DNA from: the human T2T-CHM13v2.0 reference genome, Homo sapiens
Direction: 5' to 3' (one strand)
Length of the DNA: 64,000 nucleotides
Assembly: GCF_009914755.1 (NCBI RefSeq)
Contig: NC_060929.1
In this document: positions 1 through 15,920 of the stretch, in pieces
How the letters are laid out: every line of letters begins with the position of its first letter
How positions within the stretch are numbered: the first letter of the stretch is position 1
The notes under the pieces: model-generated
Told to the model about the DNA's origin: nothing
Seen by the model: the letters and a program-made list of their open reading frames with translations, nothing else
Databases searched by the model: none
Made by a program: the position numbers and the translations under genes

Positions 1-500
1 TCAGAAAAAGGGTTTTTCTTTTCTGTCATATTGTCAAGCTGCGAATTCTCCAAACTTTGGTGCTCTGCTTCCCTTATAAAACTGAATGCCTTTCACAGCA
101 CCCAAGTCACATCTTGAATGCCTTGCTGCTTAGAAATTTCTTCTACCAGATACCCTAAATCATCTCTCTCAAGTTCAGAGTTCCACAGATCTCTGCGGCA
201 GGGGCAAAATGCTGCCAGTCTCTTTGCTAAAACGTAACAAGAGTCACCTTTGCTCCAGTTCCCAACAAATTCCTCATCTCCATCTGAGACAACCTCAGCC
301 TGGAACTTATTGTCCATATGACTATCAGCCTTTTGGGCAAAGCCTTTCAACAAATCTCTAGGAAGTTTCAAACTTTCCACCTTATCTTCTTCTGAGCCCT
401 CCAAACTGTTCCAACCTCTGCCTGTTACCCAGTTCCAAAGTCGAGTCCATAGTTTTGGGTATCTTTTCAGCAGCACCCAACTCTGCTGGAACCACTTTAC
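1..500 (-). mobile_element. THE1-int (ERVL-MaLR internal region, 5' part), continues off the left edge
   Basis: Abuts the THE1 LTR at 501. Minus ORF 93..476 (WNWVTGRGWNSLEGSEED...GNWSKGDSCY) is the typical MaLR internal ORF remnant. Confidence 0.9.
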
Positions 501-855
501 TGTATTAGTCCATTTTCATGCTGCTGATAAAGACATACTCAACACTGAGAAGAAAAAGAGGTTTAGTTGGACTTACAGTTCCACATGGCTGGGGAGGCCT
601 CAGAATCATGGTGGGAGGCGAAAGGCACTTCTTACATGGCGGCAGCAACAGAAAATGAGAAGTATGCAAAAGTGGAAACCCCTGATAAAACCATCAAATC
701 TTGTGAGAATTATTCACTACCACGAGAACAGTATGAAGGAAATTGCCCCCATTATTCAAATTATCTCCCACCAGGTCCCTCGCACAACATGTGGGAATTA
801 TGGGAGTGCAATTCAAGATGAGATTTGGGTTGGGAAACAGAGCTGAACCATATCA
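501..855 (-). mobile_element. THE1C-type LTR (5' LTR of the element)
   Basis: tgtattagtccattttcatgctgctgataaagacatac...gaaaggcacttcttacatggcggcagc...gaaccatatca matches the reverse complement of the THE1C consensus. Confidence 0.9.
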
Positions 856-1149
856 TGAAGAAAATAGTATTTTATTTTATAATACTTCTCCTCTGTTGGC
901 AATATGAGTAAGTGGCTATTAAAAATAGTAGGCACACTAATTGTTCTATATTTAGGAGAGTTTAGTCTCTCCAATTTGGCCTCGAATTTTTAAAATAATT
1001 TTCCCATCTATTCATTCAATAAAAATGTATCTATAATTTATTGTTCTACATTCTGGGAATAAAATGATGAAGAAAGCATGTACCTTTTTCCTGAAATTCT
1101 ATTTTATCTTTTCCTAGCCATACCTAGCCTCTTCCTTACAGATATTTCT

Positions 1150-1440
1150 TACTAAGATTTTAGAATCCTGCTCAGGAATTATATTCTCTAGACACCTTTT
1201 ATTGATCTCCCAAGACTAGAAAATATCCTTCCCGTGTGCTTTCATGATACTGTATTTAGCTTTTTGTAGTATTTTCATCCTGGATGGTCATTGGCTGTGT
1301 TCTTCTCTGAATTCCCAGTACATCCTGCCCCCCTTTAGTGACCTATATGCAATTGCTGTATCATTCACCATGGTGTTCACACTCCCTAAATCCTAAAACA
1401 ATCAGATCTCCATCAATAGTTATTGGTTGAATTAATGCCA
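1150..1440 (+). mobile_element. L2 3'-end remnant
   Basis: Degenerate L2 3' motifs ending caatagttattggttgaattaatg. Confidence 0.45.
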
Positions 1441-2489
1441 GTTAATGTGGGTGGTGTTCCTATTTCCCAAACTTTTATTCTTTAATGAATCAGTACTATA
1501 GTCATAAGTACGGCAGAAGTTTAATCATAGCACTGTGGTAGGCACAGAATGTAAAGAGAGCACAAAGGGGAGCCAGAGAACTGGCTCTTGGTGAGCCATG
1601 GTCATTTCAAGTGGGAAGTGATAGCTATACCATCTACATGTAGAGGGCTAAATATATTTACGGGGAAACTTGATCAGTGCTTCCCGAGGGCTTGAGTTTC
1701 TTGGTACCTTACCAAAACTATAAATAGATTTTTCCTGTCCCAATCTGAAAGACAGGTGAGAGCAGAAAGCCTCTCCATTTCAAGTTAATCAATGTTTTAC
1801 TGTAAATTGAACAAACAAGTAGACAAATAACCCACACCAAGGGCTAAGTGAATGAAAGACAGGAGCTTATCGACTGTCACAGCTGTCAAAGTGCCCCAAT
1901 TTCACACTCTGGGACTCTTCCTATTATGGAATGGAAAAGATACCAACTTGGTATCATTTCAGGAGAAATGCAGGCTGAAATGAACCTGGTTTTCATAACT
2001 TGTCTTAAGAACAGATAACTAAAGGCAGAGATTAGAAATTCACATTAAAATAGAGAGAGAATGACATCTACTGGTTGAGAGAATTTGGCCTTGTAGATAG
2101 CTAGTAATGGTTTTTCCCCATAAAGTTGAAATGTTTTCCTTTCTTCTTATATATATATAACTCCAAATAATGATAATGGGAATTATCTACACACAATGAG
2201 GGGGAAATTGACCTATTATCTGTGCAGTTCTAATAATAATGAAAGAAAGTTAATCCTTAATTGGCTGGCATTGCAGTTAGAAGTATTTTGCAAATGACTT
2301 TAAATGACATTGACTTAATTTCTGTACATGTATAAGCAGTTTATGACAGTCTCTTGTACAAAACTGTCATCAACTTTCTTGCAAATAAAAAAGAAATTTG
2401 TAGGTGACAATTTTAAAAATCATTTATTGTGCAAATCATAGGAGCTTTCCGTACTAAAAAATTATTTGCATTCCTAAAACCAATTATCA

Positions 2490-2660
2490 AGGGAAAAAAT
2501 CTGCCTTGGGATTGGTGATAAGTTTTTAGGTATATCACCCAAAGCATAATCCCTAAAAAAAACTGACAAATTGGACTTCATTAAATTAAAAACTATTCTG
2601 TTAAAGACATTGCTGAGACAGTGAAAAGACAAGGCTCAAGGCTCAGACTGGGAGAGATTA
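2490..2660 (+). mobile_element. Old L1M ORF2 fragment
   Basis: ccaaagcataatcc...tgacaaattggacttcattaaattaaaaact...gtgaaaagacaag...cagactgggag. Confidence 0.7.
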
Positions 2661-3246
2661 TTTTAATTTTTTTGTATATTCAAACAGTCTACACTGAGAT
2701 TCATCCCCTTCCTGTAAAGAGAGTTGAGGTTTTGTATGGCATTTAGATGTATTCATGGGTTGTCACAGCTGAAGGCAAGGCCGCAATCAAAGGAAAGTCC
2801 AATTTTTTAAAAAAAATAAAAACTTCCGATGAGAAGTGAAAAGCTCAAATATTAACATTTATTCTCTTATCTAGAAGAACAATGTAACAGGAACTAATTA
2901 ATTTGAGCAGATATTTTGCTTTAAGTATTTTAGAGAAATTTTTATTTTAAGATAAAGAGAAATCCTTTCTAGGCCATTGATATTAAAATAAACAATCATT
3001 GAATTTCAACCTTTCCAGCATTTGCTTTCTTCCCATAAATAACATTAAAGGACACAAATTCAAATCAATAGTATCAAACTTACCTAGATAAATCTAAGTC
3101 AAACATTATGCCCTAACTAATCTCCACATCTCAAATTTACACATTTCAAGAGTCAGAATTGCAGTCTTATTACTACTGATTTTCTTCAACAATCAATTAG
3201 GGAACAAAGGACTGTGTTTAAAATCATAGCAGAATAAAAACATATA

Positions 3247-3476
3247 CAGTCCTGCATCACTTAACAATGGGGATATGTTCTGAGAAATGTGTCATTAGGT
3301 GATTTAATTGCTGTATGAACATCATAGAGTTACTTACATAAACCTTGATGCTGTAGCCTACCACACACCTAGGCTGTAGATATAGCTCTTTGTTCCTAGG
3401 CTACAAATCTTTACAGTATATTACTGTACTGAAAACCGTAGGCAATTATAACACAATGGTAAGTATTTGTGTATAT
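3247..3476. mobile_element. Tigger3-family (TcMar-Tigger) DNA transposon, one end only
   Basis: TA then cagtcctgcatcacttaacaatggggatatgttctgagaaatgtgtc...cctaggctacaaa...acacaatggtaagtatttgtgtat. Confidence 0.85.
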
Positions 3477-4619
3477 AGGCAGACTATACCACTAGTGTTC
3501 AGAAAAAAAGGGCTAAGAATACCAAATATTGGTTAATGGATGCATAATCATACACAATCAAGTTGACAAGTCTGTTATACATAAAAGGAAATAGCAAGAT
3601 CACTTTAAATTCTTGTTGATAAATGAAGCACTTCAGTTTGTATTTTATTTTAGTATTATCTACATCTGCCCATAGGAAAACCACTTTTTCCAAATAAAAT
3701 TTACTTTTATTTATCTGAGCATAAAAGCCATTTTATGTGGATATTACTTGGAAAGCATTTACAACCATAAATTTTAAAAATTACACATAATCTCACCACT
3801 CCAGAAAAATGCTATCAACATTGTATTTTATTTCAAACATCAACATTATTTGAAAAATTAAATTGGGATTATAGTACACATACTATTTCATCTAGTTTAT
3901 AATATATAAACTATTTCTTCTCAAAATATCTTAATGTTACAAGTTCTCTCCCATGTCAATGAAACATTTTTTAGTCCCTAATGGCTGCTTAGTCTTTCAG
4001 TATTTGATGAACCACAACTGATCTAATCAATTTCTCTAAAATTAAACATGTAGACTGCTTCAAATATTCACTATTACAAGAAATGCTAATGTTTCTTGCT
4101 TTTATTGGTCTTTTTGGCCATCGAACTACATTACCATTGGTTCTGTTTTTTCCAGAATTTCAGCAGTCTTACTACCCTTTTCCATTCTAATTATGGCTAC
4201 TTTTGTTTTTCTACTAACATGATATTTGATCCAATGCTTCTAATTGTCAGGGTCAAAAGTGAAACCTTATCTTTTGAGTTCCCTTATTTAACAGATAATT
4301 TGACACATTTCTCGAAAAACCCAAACTCCCCCCCACCCACTGCTTCATTTGATAAGGTAACTTTGAATTTGTGATACAAATTTTATGTAATCATTTTTAC
4401 TGTATAAGTTTTCATTTAAAACATTTTAACATTTGCATGTGGTTTGAGACCCACAAGAACAGCAAAGCTGCTTACGTAACTTTTTTAAAGGTACAATTAA
4501 TATATTTCTGAAACCAGAGGCCAGAGGTGAGTGGTCCAGATGGCTGGGGCTGCTCAGTTTCATCAGGTCAGGCAGGAGTGTGTCTTCCTCCCATTGTTTT
4601 GTTGTTGTTGTTTTAGTTT

Positions 4620-5400
4620 TATTTGGATTTTGATTGACACACAATAATTGTACATATTTATGGGTACAGTGTGATATTTTCATGCATGTATACATGATGT
4701 AATGATCCAATCAGGGTAATTAGTGTATCCATCACCTCAAATGCTTGCCATTTTTTTTGTTGTGAGAACATTCAAAAGTCTCCCTTCTAGCTATTTGGAA
4801 GTATACAATACATTGTTGTTGACTATAGTCACCCTACTGTGCAACAGAATGCCAGAATTTATTATTCCTAACTGTAACATTTTTGGTGTACCCATCACCC
4901 ATGCAGTGGACACTGGACACAATGTGTAGTCTTTTTAAACATTCCATGTATGAGTGAGATCATCTGTCATAGGTCCTATTGTGCTTAGCTTATTTCACTT
5001 AACATAATGTTCTCTAGGTTCATTCATGTTGTCACAAAGGACAGGATTTTGTTCTTTTTTTTGGCTGAATAGTATTTCATTATGTAGGCATACCGTATTT
5101 TCAAAAATCCATGGATCAATCTGTGAACATTAGGTTGATTCATTATCTTGGCTATTGTGAATAGCATTGTGGTAAATGTGGGAGTGCAGATATATTTTTG
5201 ACATACTGGTTTAAATTCCTCTGGATATACACCCAGTAGTGGGATTGTTGAATCACATAGTAGTTTTATTTTTAATTTTTGAGAAACCTCCATATTATTG
5301 TCTGTAATGGCTGTGCTAATTTATATTCGCACCCACAGTGTATGAGTTCCCCTTTCTCCACATCCTCTGCAGAATTTGTTACCCTTTGTCTTCTGATAAC
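4620..5400 (-). mobile_element. L1MA-type 3' end
   Basis: ataattgtacatatttatgggtacagtgtgata...tagtcaccctactgtgc. Minus ORF 5024..5293 resembles the L1 ORF2 C-terminus (IPLLGVYP...FTIAK). Confidence 0.85.
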
Positions 5401-5459
5401 TTGTTTTCGTGTCCACCCCCTGCCATGTTATACCACAACTCTCTCATTATGGAGAACTT

Positions 5460-5548
5460 AAATAGCAGTTTTACTGAGATATAATTCACATAAAATTCAC
5501 TCTTTCAAAGTGTACCATTCAGTGGGTTTTAGCATATACACAGAGTTA
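5460..5548 (-). mobile_element. L1MB-type extreme 3' end fragment
   Basis: cagttttactgagatataattcacata...aaagtgtaccattcagtgggttttagcatatacacagagtt. Confidence 0.65.
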
Positions 5549-5619
5549 TTCAGCAGAGTTCTTAATAATTCAGTCCCAAACCTATTAAGTAGACTAAAGC
5601 AAGTAAGTTTTTATGCATT

Positions 5620-7330
5620 GGCAGAGGGGACATGTGGTGGCCCAGAGAGGAGTAGCCTAACGTGTTTCCACAAATGGGAAGCTCCAAGCAGAATATTAGA
5701 TCCCGAATGGGGTATGGGGGACAAACCTGAAGAAGGGTAGTATGAAGTGCCAGAGCCCACCAGGATGAGAAGGGCATCCATGGTGGGGAGAGGGAGGATC
5801 AGTGTAGCCAGATGCTTCTGGCACAGCCTGAAAAGGATGAGGCAAACATCCCCATAAGAGTGTGGTCCAGCACGATGTGAGCCCAGCAGGGTGAGGAGGT
5901 GGCTATATAGTGTGAGCAGGCATCCAGGAGTGGGAAGTCAGAGATGACCAGAGTGAAGAGGGCATCAACACGGAGAAGGGATGGCAATAGCAGTAGGAGA
6001 TTGGTTATGTACAGGGAATTGGCCAAATAAGTACACATAAAAGAATAACAGGAGACAGTCTTATGTCATAGAACAGTGGTATAAATAGGCAAAAATGATG
6101 TCTAGTATGATCCCTGAGGTGACAGAGTGAAATTGGAAATATATGTGAATTTATGGTTTTCAATATATAACAATAGATATAGAAATAAATGTGGAGGTAA
6201 GTCCATATGCATGTAAGTGTGCATATACTTATTGCATTCACTGACATGGCCTGGAACCAAAAACACCCCTAACAACAAGCATACCTACAGCTCAGCTCCT
6301 GGTTTTTTTAATACTAATCTCCACCAAAAGGCACTCAGACTTGTTATAAAAATGACTGCTTCCAAAACTGAGGCAGTGAAAGTAAAAGAGGAGCCTGGGA
6401 CATGTTTTGTGCTAGAAAGCAAGCCAGTATTAAAGGAATGAGTAGGCCATGTCAAAGGGTCATAGGGAAAGCTTGAAGGGGCTCTTTTTGGCCAAATCTG
6501 AAGCAACCTGACTATCAAAATAACCAAAGTAATGACTTAGAAAGCATTGGCAAAAATGGAAAGCCATAAGTCTATAATTTGGCGAAGAATGGGATAGATT
6601 AAAAGGCCCCACAAAATATATATTAATTACAAAAGAGAAAATAGTGGCTCGAAGACACCAACTTAATCAGAAGTCAAAGTGAACATCATTAGTAGTTCAG
6701 ATCAAATTTATGTGTCACCTGATAGGGTGCAGGGAGAAGGACACACCATCACTTCTGCAGCATTCCTGATAAAAATTCACAATTTAATACAGTCATGAGT
6801 AAGCAAAAAACAGATACAAACTGAAGGGCATTTGAAAAAATAACTAGTCTCATCTTCAAAAGTGTCAAGGCCATGAAAGTCAAGAAAAATCTGAGGAGAA
6901 ATTGTTCCAAAATGTAAGAGAGTAAAGGTTCATGACAAGTAAATGCAGTGAAATACTCTGAACTGGGTCTTCTGGCTATAAAAACATACTGGGATAACTG
7001 GTGTAACTAGAATAGGATTAGTGTATTTATGATGGTAATATGTCTGTGTTAATTTCCTGATTTTGACAGTTTGCTGTGATGATGTAAAATAATGGGGTAT
7101 ATTCTGCAGGTAAACCAATGTTCTGTTGTTTCAAAAGAATAAAAGATAAATTTCAAAACCACAGGTAACATAAGAAACATTCTAAAGCAATTCATTACAC
7201 AAAAAAAATGCAGTAAGTACACACTAAAATATTAGGTGGTGAAGGGGCATCAGGTTAGCCCTCTGAAATGTTACAGGAATAAAAAGTAATTTGTCCTTTC
7301 CTGTAAATTTGAGATGGTTTCAAAATATTT
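5620..7330 (+). mobile_element. L1MC4/L1MC4a-type 3' UTR
   Basis: Degenerate internal repeats (agagccc...gatgagaagggcatcca), ggccaaatctga, aaaagtgtcaaggccatgaaagtcaag, ending ctgtaaatttgagatggtttcaaaata. Confidence 0.75.
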
Positions 7331-7929
7331 TAACATTCCAATGAAAAAGGATCTGAATTTCAGATAAATAGTAACATTCAATTCTTTTCATCATCTACAA
7401 AAGCCAACATATGACTGCAGGAATTGAAAATAGCTCATAAGGCTCAGGAAGATTGTCTTGTTTGATTTTTCCCACCTACGAGAAAGAAAGCAGAGCCACA
7501 AAAGAATTGTGCTTCTTCTTTCTCAGCTTCAAGAGGACATTTGATCATCAAAGCACAACTTTCTTTCTGCCTCTTGCAGAAAATTTTGCCTGCATAACTG
7601 CCAAGTAGCTCCTGGATTCAGCACCTAGGACAGTGCTTGGTAGACCATAATAACAGAAATAGTAGCGGTCATAGAACACTCTTACTCAAGGTTATGCAGA
7701 CAGTGAAGGTCAAAGCCAGAATTTAAAGGTGGATTATTTGGCTTTAAGAGTCCATTAAACAAATCTTTGTTGACTAAAACTTAATACATTTACTCTTCTT
7801 AACTGGGTAGTTTATTAAGCATGAAAAGGCTAATTCTCCTACTGGACTGCTTTGTAAAATCATTGAAGATATAACATTGCTCTGCTTTCTTTAAAAAGCA
7901 TCTGTATGTAAGACGAACATAAGCCATAA

Positions 7930-8498
7930 TGTTATAGTCAATTTTATATGTCAATTCGACTAGGTGAAGAGGTGCCTAGATAGCTGGTAAAACATTATTT
8001 GAGACTGTTTATTTTAGGGTGTTTTCAGAGGAGATTGGCATTAGGATAATTAGATCAAATAAAGAAAATCCACCATTACCAAGGTAAGCTGAGTTAATCC
8101 AATTCGTTGAAGGCCTATATAAACCAATAGGTTGGGTGAGGGCAAATTTAACCTCTCTTCTGGAACTGAGACAATCATCCTCTCCTTTCTTCCAACATCA
8201 GAGCTCCAGGTTCTTGGGTCTTTGAACTCTGGAACTTGCACCAGAAGCCCATCCAGTCCTCCGGTCTTGGGCCTCAGACTAGGAGTTACACCATCAGCTC
8301 TCCTGGTTCTCAAGCCTTTGGACTCATATTGAATTACACCACCAGTTTTCCTGGGCCTCCAGCTTGCAGACAGCATTATCGTGAGACTTCTTAACGCCAT
8401 AATCATGTGGAACAATTCCTAATTCCCATAATAAATCCCCTCTTATCTCTCTCTTTTTATATTAACTGTTTTCTCTCTAATTCTATGAAAGAACTGAC
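7930..8498 (+). mobile_element. MLT2 (ERVL) solo LTR
   Basis: aattttatatgtcaa...tgcctagatagctggtaaaacattattt...ccagcttgcagacagc...ccataatcatgtg...aataaatcccctct. Confidence 0.85.
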
Positions 8499-9399
8499 AG
8501 GGAGTTGAATGTTCCTACTTCATCATGTAGGAATCATACCATGCCCACATTACTGTTTTTGAGTAGTAAAGAGTTATTGAGATAGTAAAATATTATCTCC
8601 TTAATTTAGATATATATATATCTCAAAATATATATATATCAGAAGATATATCTTTAATAGATCCATTATTTTCTGTTACTTCATTAAATTCACACTTTGT
8701 AAATAAATAGAAATTTTGAAGTTGAAATATTTCATTTATTTTATCTTATAAGTTCACAAATGGAACCAAGTCATTCAAAACTAAATTCTGAAAATGCCAT
8801 AACATATTAATTAATTTATGCAATAAATATTATTGAACAAGCACTATTCACTAACTCTATTCTAGATGCAGGAGAAATAATTACAAAGGAAAAAGCAGCA
8901 GTTAATGTTATATAAAGGTCTCACTAATAAATTCAGTTTTAACAATAAGATACCGAATTTCCAGTCATTCATATATTCATTTATTCACTCACTCAAAAAT
9001 AGATATATCCTCTACTTCTCTCCAGAGTATGGTTAAAGATATGAGCACAAAGACAACAATAGCAAAAGCAAAATAACAAAAACAGGCTTAAACAAATCAC
9101 TGAGGAAAATACTCAAAATGTTGTTACAAAATCTAAACAAAAAATTTTTGCAAATTAAATAGAAATGCTCGAGGTCAAAATAAGAATAAGAGGGAAAAGG
9201 AACCACTATTGATGCAAAATAACAATAGCTAACATGTTTTCTAAGTGTCGGAAAATTGTATGTTATTATCTCATTAGCTCTTTACTACTCAAAAATGGTA
9301 ATGTGGAGATGGTATGATTCACTGAGGAATCAAAACTAAATTGAAGTAATATTCAACTCCCTGTCAATTCTCTTATAGAATTAGAGAGAAAACAGTTAA

Positions 9400-9690
9400 T
9401 ACAACAATTAACTGGAAATCTGGAAAGATGAAGTGGTTCGATTTTTCAACTACAAGTGAATCATTTTCCAAATGTGGTTGTAGGGCAGGTCACTGGTGCT
9501 GTTTGGGGAAATATAGAGAATGGTGAATGAACTGAATGTATTCCAATGTTCTGATTGTTTCCAAAGGGAAAAAAAAAAGACAAATTTCCAAACAAAATTC
9601 CTGGAAGAAAATTAAATCAATTGATTATATGGAAAATTCATGAGCACTTAAAAAATAAACTAGATCCGTAAGGTTCACTAAAATACTAAT
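9400..9690 (+). mobile_element. Probable L3/CR1 RT remnant, may resume at about 10480-10665
   Basis: Degenerate match to recalled L3 motifs (aatgttctgattgtttccaaaggg...tgagcactta...ggttcactaa). Confidence 0.35.
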
Positions 9691-9935
9691 GGCAATAGCT
9701 CTCATGTATCTCATTTCAAGAGTCTCATTTTGAGTATACTATATGCCAGGTACTATTCTAGTGTCTATGTAAAAATTAATCCATCTAACCCTGCAAATAT
9801 CCTATGTAATATTAAAAAAGCCATTTTATAGATGGAAAATGGAGACATAGATAGGTTTAATGATTTCTGCAAAGTCATTCATATAAAAATTTGCAGAATC
9901 AGAATTTTAATTCAAGCAGAATGATTTTAGAGCCT
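9690..9935 (-). mobile_element. MIR SINE
   Basis: tactatatgccaggtactattcta...ccattttatagatggaaaatggagacatag...tgatttctgcaaagtca. Confidence 0.75.
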
Positions 9936-9989
9936 ACATTTTTGATCTACTTTTGTTAGAAAAAGACACAATTATAATGTTATTGGCAA

Positions 9990-10460
9990 TTGCAGAGTAC
10001 CCCAACATTATTCTATCAGGTGCCTGGCATATACTAAGCATATACTGGTTATTTGTCGAGTGAATGAGCCTTCTAGCTATTTCTATTATTTTTCCCTCAA
10101 CACCTCTATACATGTTGTTTCCTTTGCCTATAATATTTCCACAAAATCTTTTAAAAAGAGAGCTCATTTTCAACATTTGGATCTGAGCCTGGGTATTCTC
10201 TCCACAAATAGACTTCCCTGACTGTCTTTCTAGCATGGACCCCAGTCATATATCTAGACAAATATCCATATATAATCAGGCCTACCTCAACTTGAAATCA
10301 TGAAATCAACCTACTTTACTTATTTACTTGTTGTTATTTTGTGCTTTCCCAGTACGACTTAGGTGTAAAAGAACAAGAGCCCCGTCTACCATGTTCATAA
10401 CTCTGTGTTCCTCCAAGGCTTTTAATACATGTTTGATGAATAATTATATGAATGGATGAA
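9990..10460 (+). mobile_element. L2 3'-end fragments
   Basis: gtgcctggcatatactaagc...gagtgaatga; ttaatacatgtttgatgaataa...gaatggatgaa. Confidence 0.55.
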
Positions 10461-11003
10461 TAGATGGAAAGAAAAATGGATAAATAATGCATCTGAATTT
10501 AAGATGGGAATTTGGTCATAAGTTTTACGGTGTCCAGGTGGGCTATATGTATTTTCAGCTGGTTAAATTACCAAGCCCCCCAAATCTTGAATTTACCAAA
10601 ATAATAACAGATTAGAAAAGTTCTCTAATTGCATGATACAGGGTTTAATCTTTAACACTTTTCAAAAGTTTTCTTTTTTTGTTTTGTAAAAACAACTGTG
10701 AGGCACCCCCCAGTAGGGGCAGACTGACACTTCACATGGCCGAGTACCCCTCTGAGACGAAGCTTCCAGAAGAATGATCAGGCAGCAACATTTGCTCTTC
10801 AGCAATATTCGCTGTTCTGCAGCCTCCGCTGCTGATACCCAGGCAAACAGGGTCTGGAGTGGACCTCCAGCAAACTCCAACAGACCTGCAGCTGAGGGTC
10901 CTGACTCTTAGAAGGAAAACTAACAAACAGAAAGGGCATCCACACCAAAACCCCATCTGTACGTCACCATCGCCAAGGACCAAAGGTAGATAAAACCACA
11001 AAG

Positions 11004-12019
11004 ATGGGGTAAAAACAGAGCATAAAAGCTGAAAATTCTAAAAATCAGAGCACCTCTCCCCCTCCAGAGGAACACAGCTCCTCGCCAGCAATAGAACAAA
11101 GCTGGATGGAAAATGACTTTGACAAGTTGAGAGAAGAAGGCTTCAGATGATCAAACTTCTCCAAGCTAAAGGAGGAAGTCCAAACCCATTGCAAAGAAGC
11201 TAAAATCCTTGAAAAAAGAATAGATGAATGGTTAACTAGAATAACCAGTGTAGAGAAGTCCTTAAATGACCTGATGGAGCTGAAAACCATGACACAAGAA
11301 CTACATGGTGCATGTACAAGCTTCAGGAGCCTATTCGATCAACTGGAAGAAAGGGTATCAGTGATTGAAGATCAGGTTAATGAAATGAAGCGAGAAGAGA
11401 AGATTAGAGAAAAAAGAGTAAAAAGAAATGAACAAAGCCTCCAAGAAATATGGGACTATGTGAAAAGACCAAATCTACGTCTGATTGGTGTACCTGAAAG
11501 TGAAGGCGAGAATGGAACCAAGTTGGAAAACACTCTGTAGGATATTATCCAGGAGAACTTCCCAAACCTAGCAAGGCAGGCCAATGTTCAAATTCAGGAA
11601 ATAAAGAGAATGCCACAAAGATATTCCATGAGAAGAGCAACTCCAAGACATATAATTGTCAGATTCACTAAAGTTGAAATGAAGGAAAAAATGTTAAGGG
11701 CAGCCAGAGAAAAAGTCGGGTTACAAACAAAGGGAAGCCCATCAGACTAACAGCGGATCTCTCGGCAGAAACTCTACAGTCCAGAAGAGAGTGGGGGCCA
11801 ATATTCAAAATCCTTAAAGAAAAGAATTTTTAACCCAGAATTACACATCCAGCCAAACTAAGCTTCATAAGTGAAGGAGAAATAAAATCCTTTACAGACA
11901 AGCAAATGCTGAGAGATTTTGTCACCACCAGGCCTGCCCTAAAAGAGCTCCTGAAGGAAGCATTAAACATGGAAAGGAACAACCGCTACCAGCCACTGCA
12001 AAAACATGCCAAATTGTAA
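11004..12019 (+). pseudogene. L1 ORF1p remnant (stops and frameshift)
   Basis: ATG in aaccacaaagATGggg; ORF 11274..11540 EQSLQEIWDYVKRPNLRLIGVPE; ends gccaaattgTAA. Confidence 0.9.
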
Positions 12020-12082
12020 AGACCATCAATGCTAGGAAGAAACTACATCAACTAATGAGCAAAATAACCAGCTAACGTCATA

Positions 12083-15920
<3,838 letters not shown>

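Noticed and set aside
93-476. 127-aa ORF as a host gene
   Set aside because: Standard THE1-int ORF remnant; no sign of domestication is visible.
745-770. DUX4 site in the THE1C LTR
   Set aside because: The recalled consensus TGATTCAATTA reads ttattcaaatta here, so the site is degraded.
4510-4590. GC-richer patch with GAG|GTGAGT as an exon
   Set aside because: Resembles a degenerate MLT1 fragment and has no convincing acceptor.
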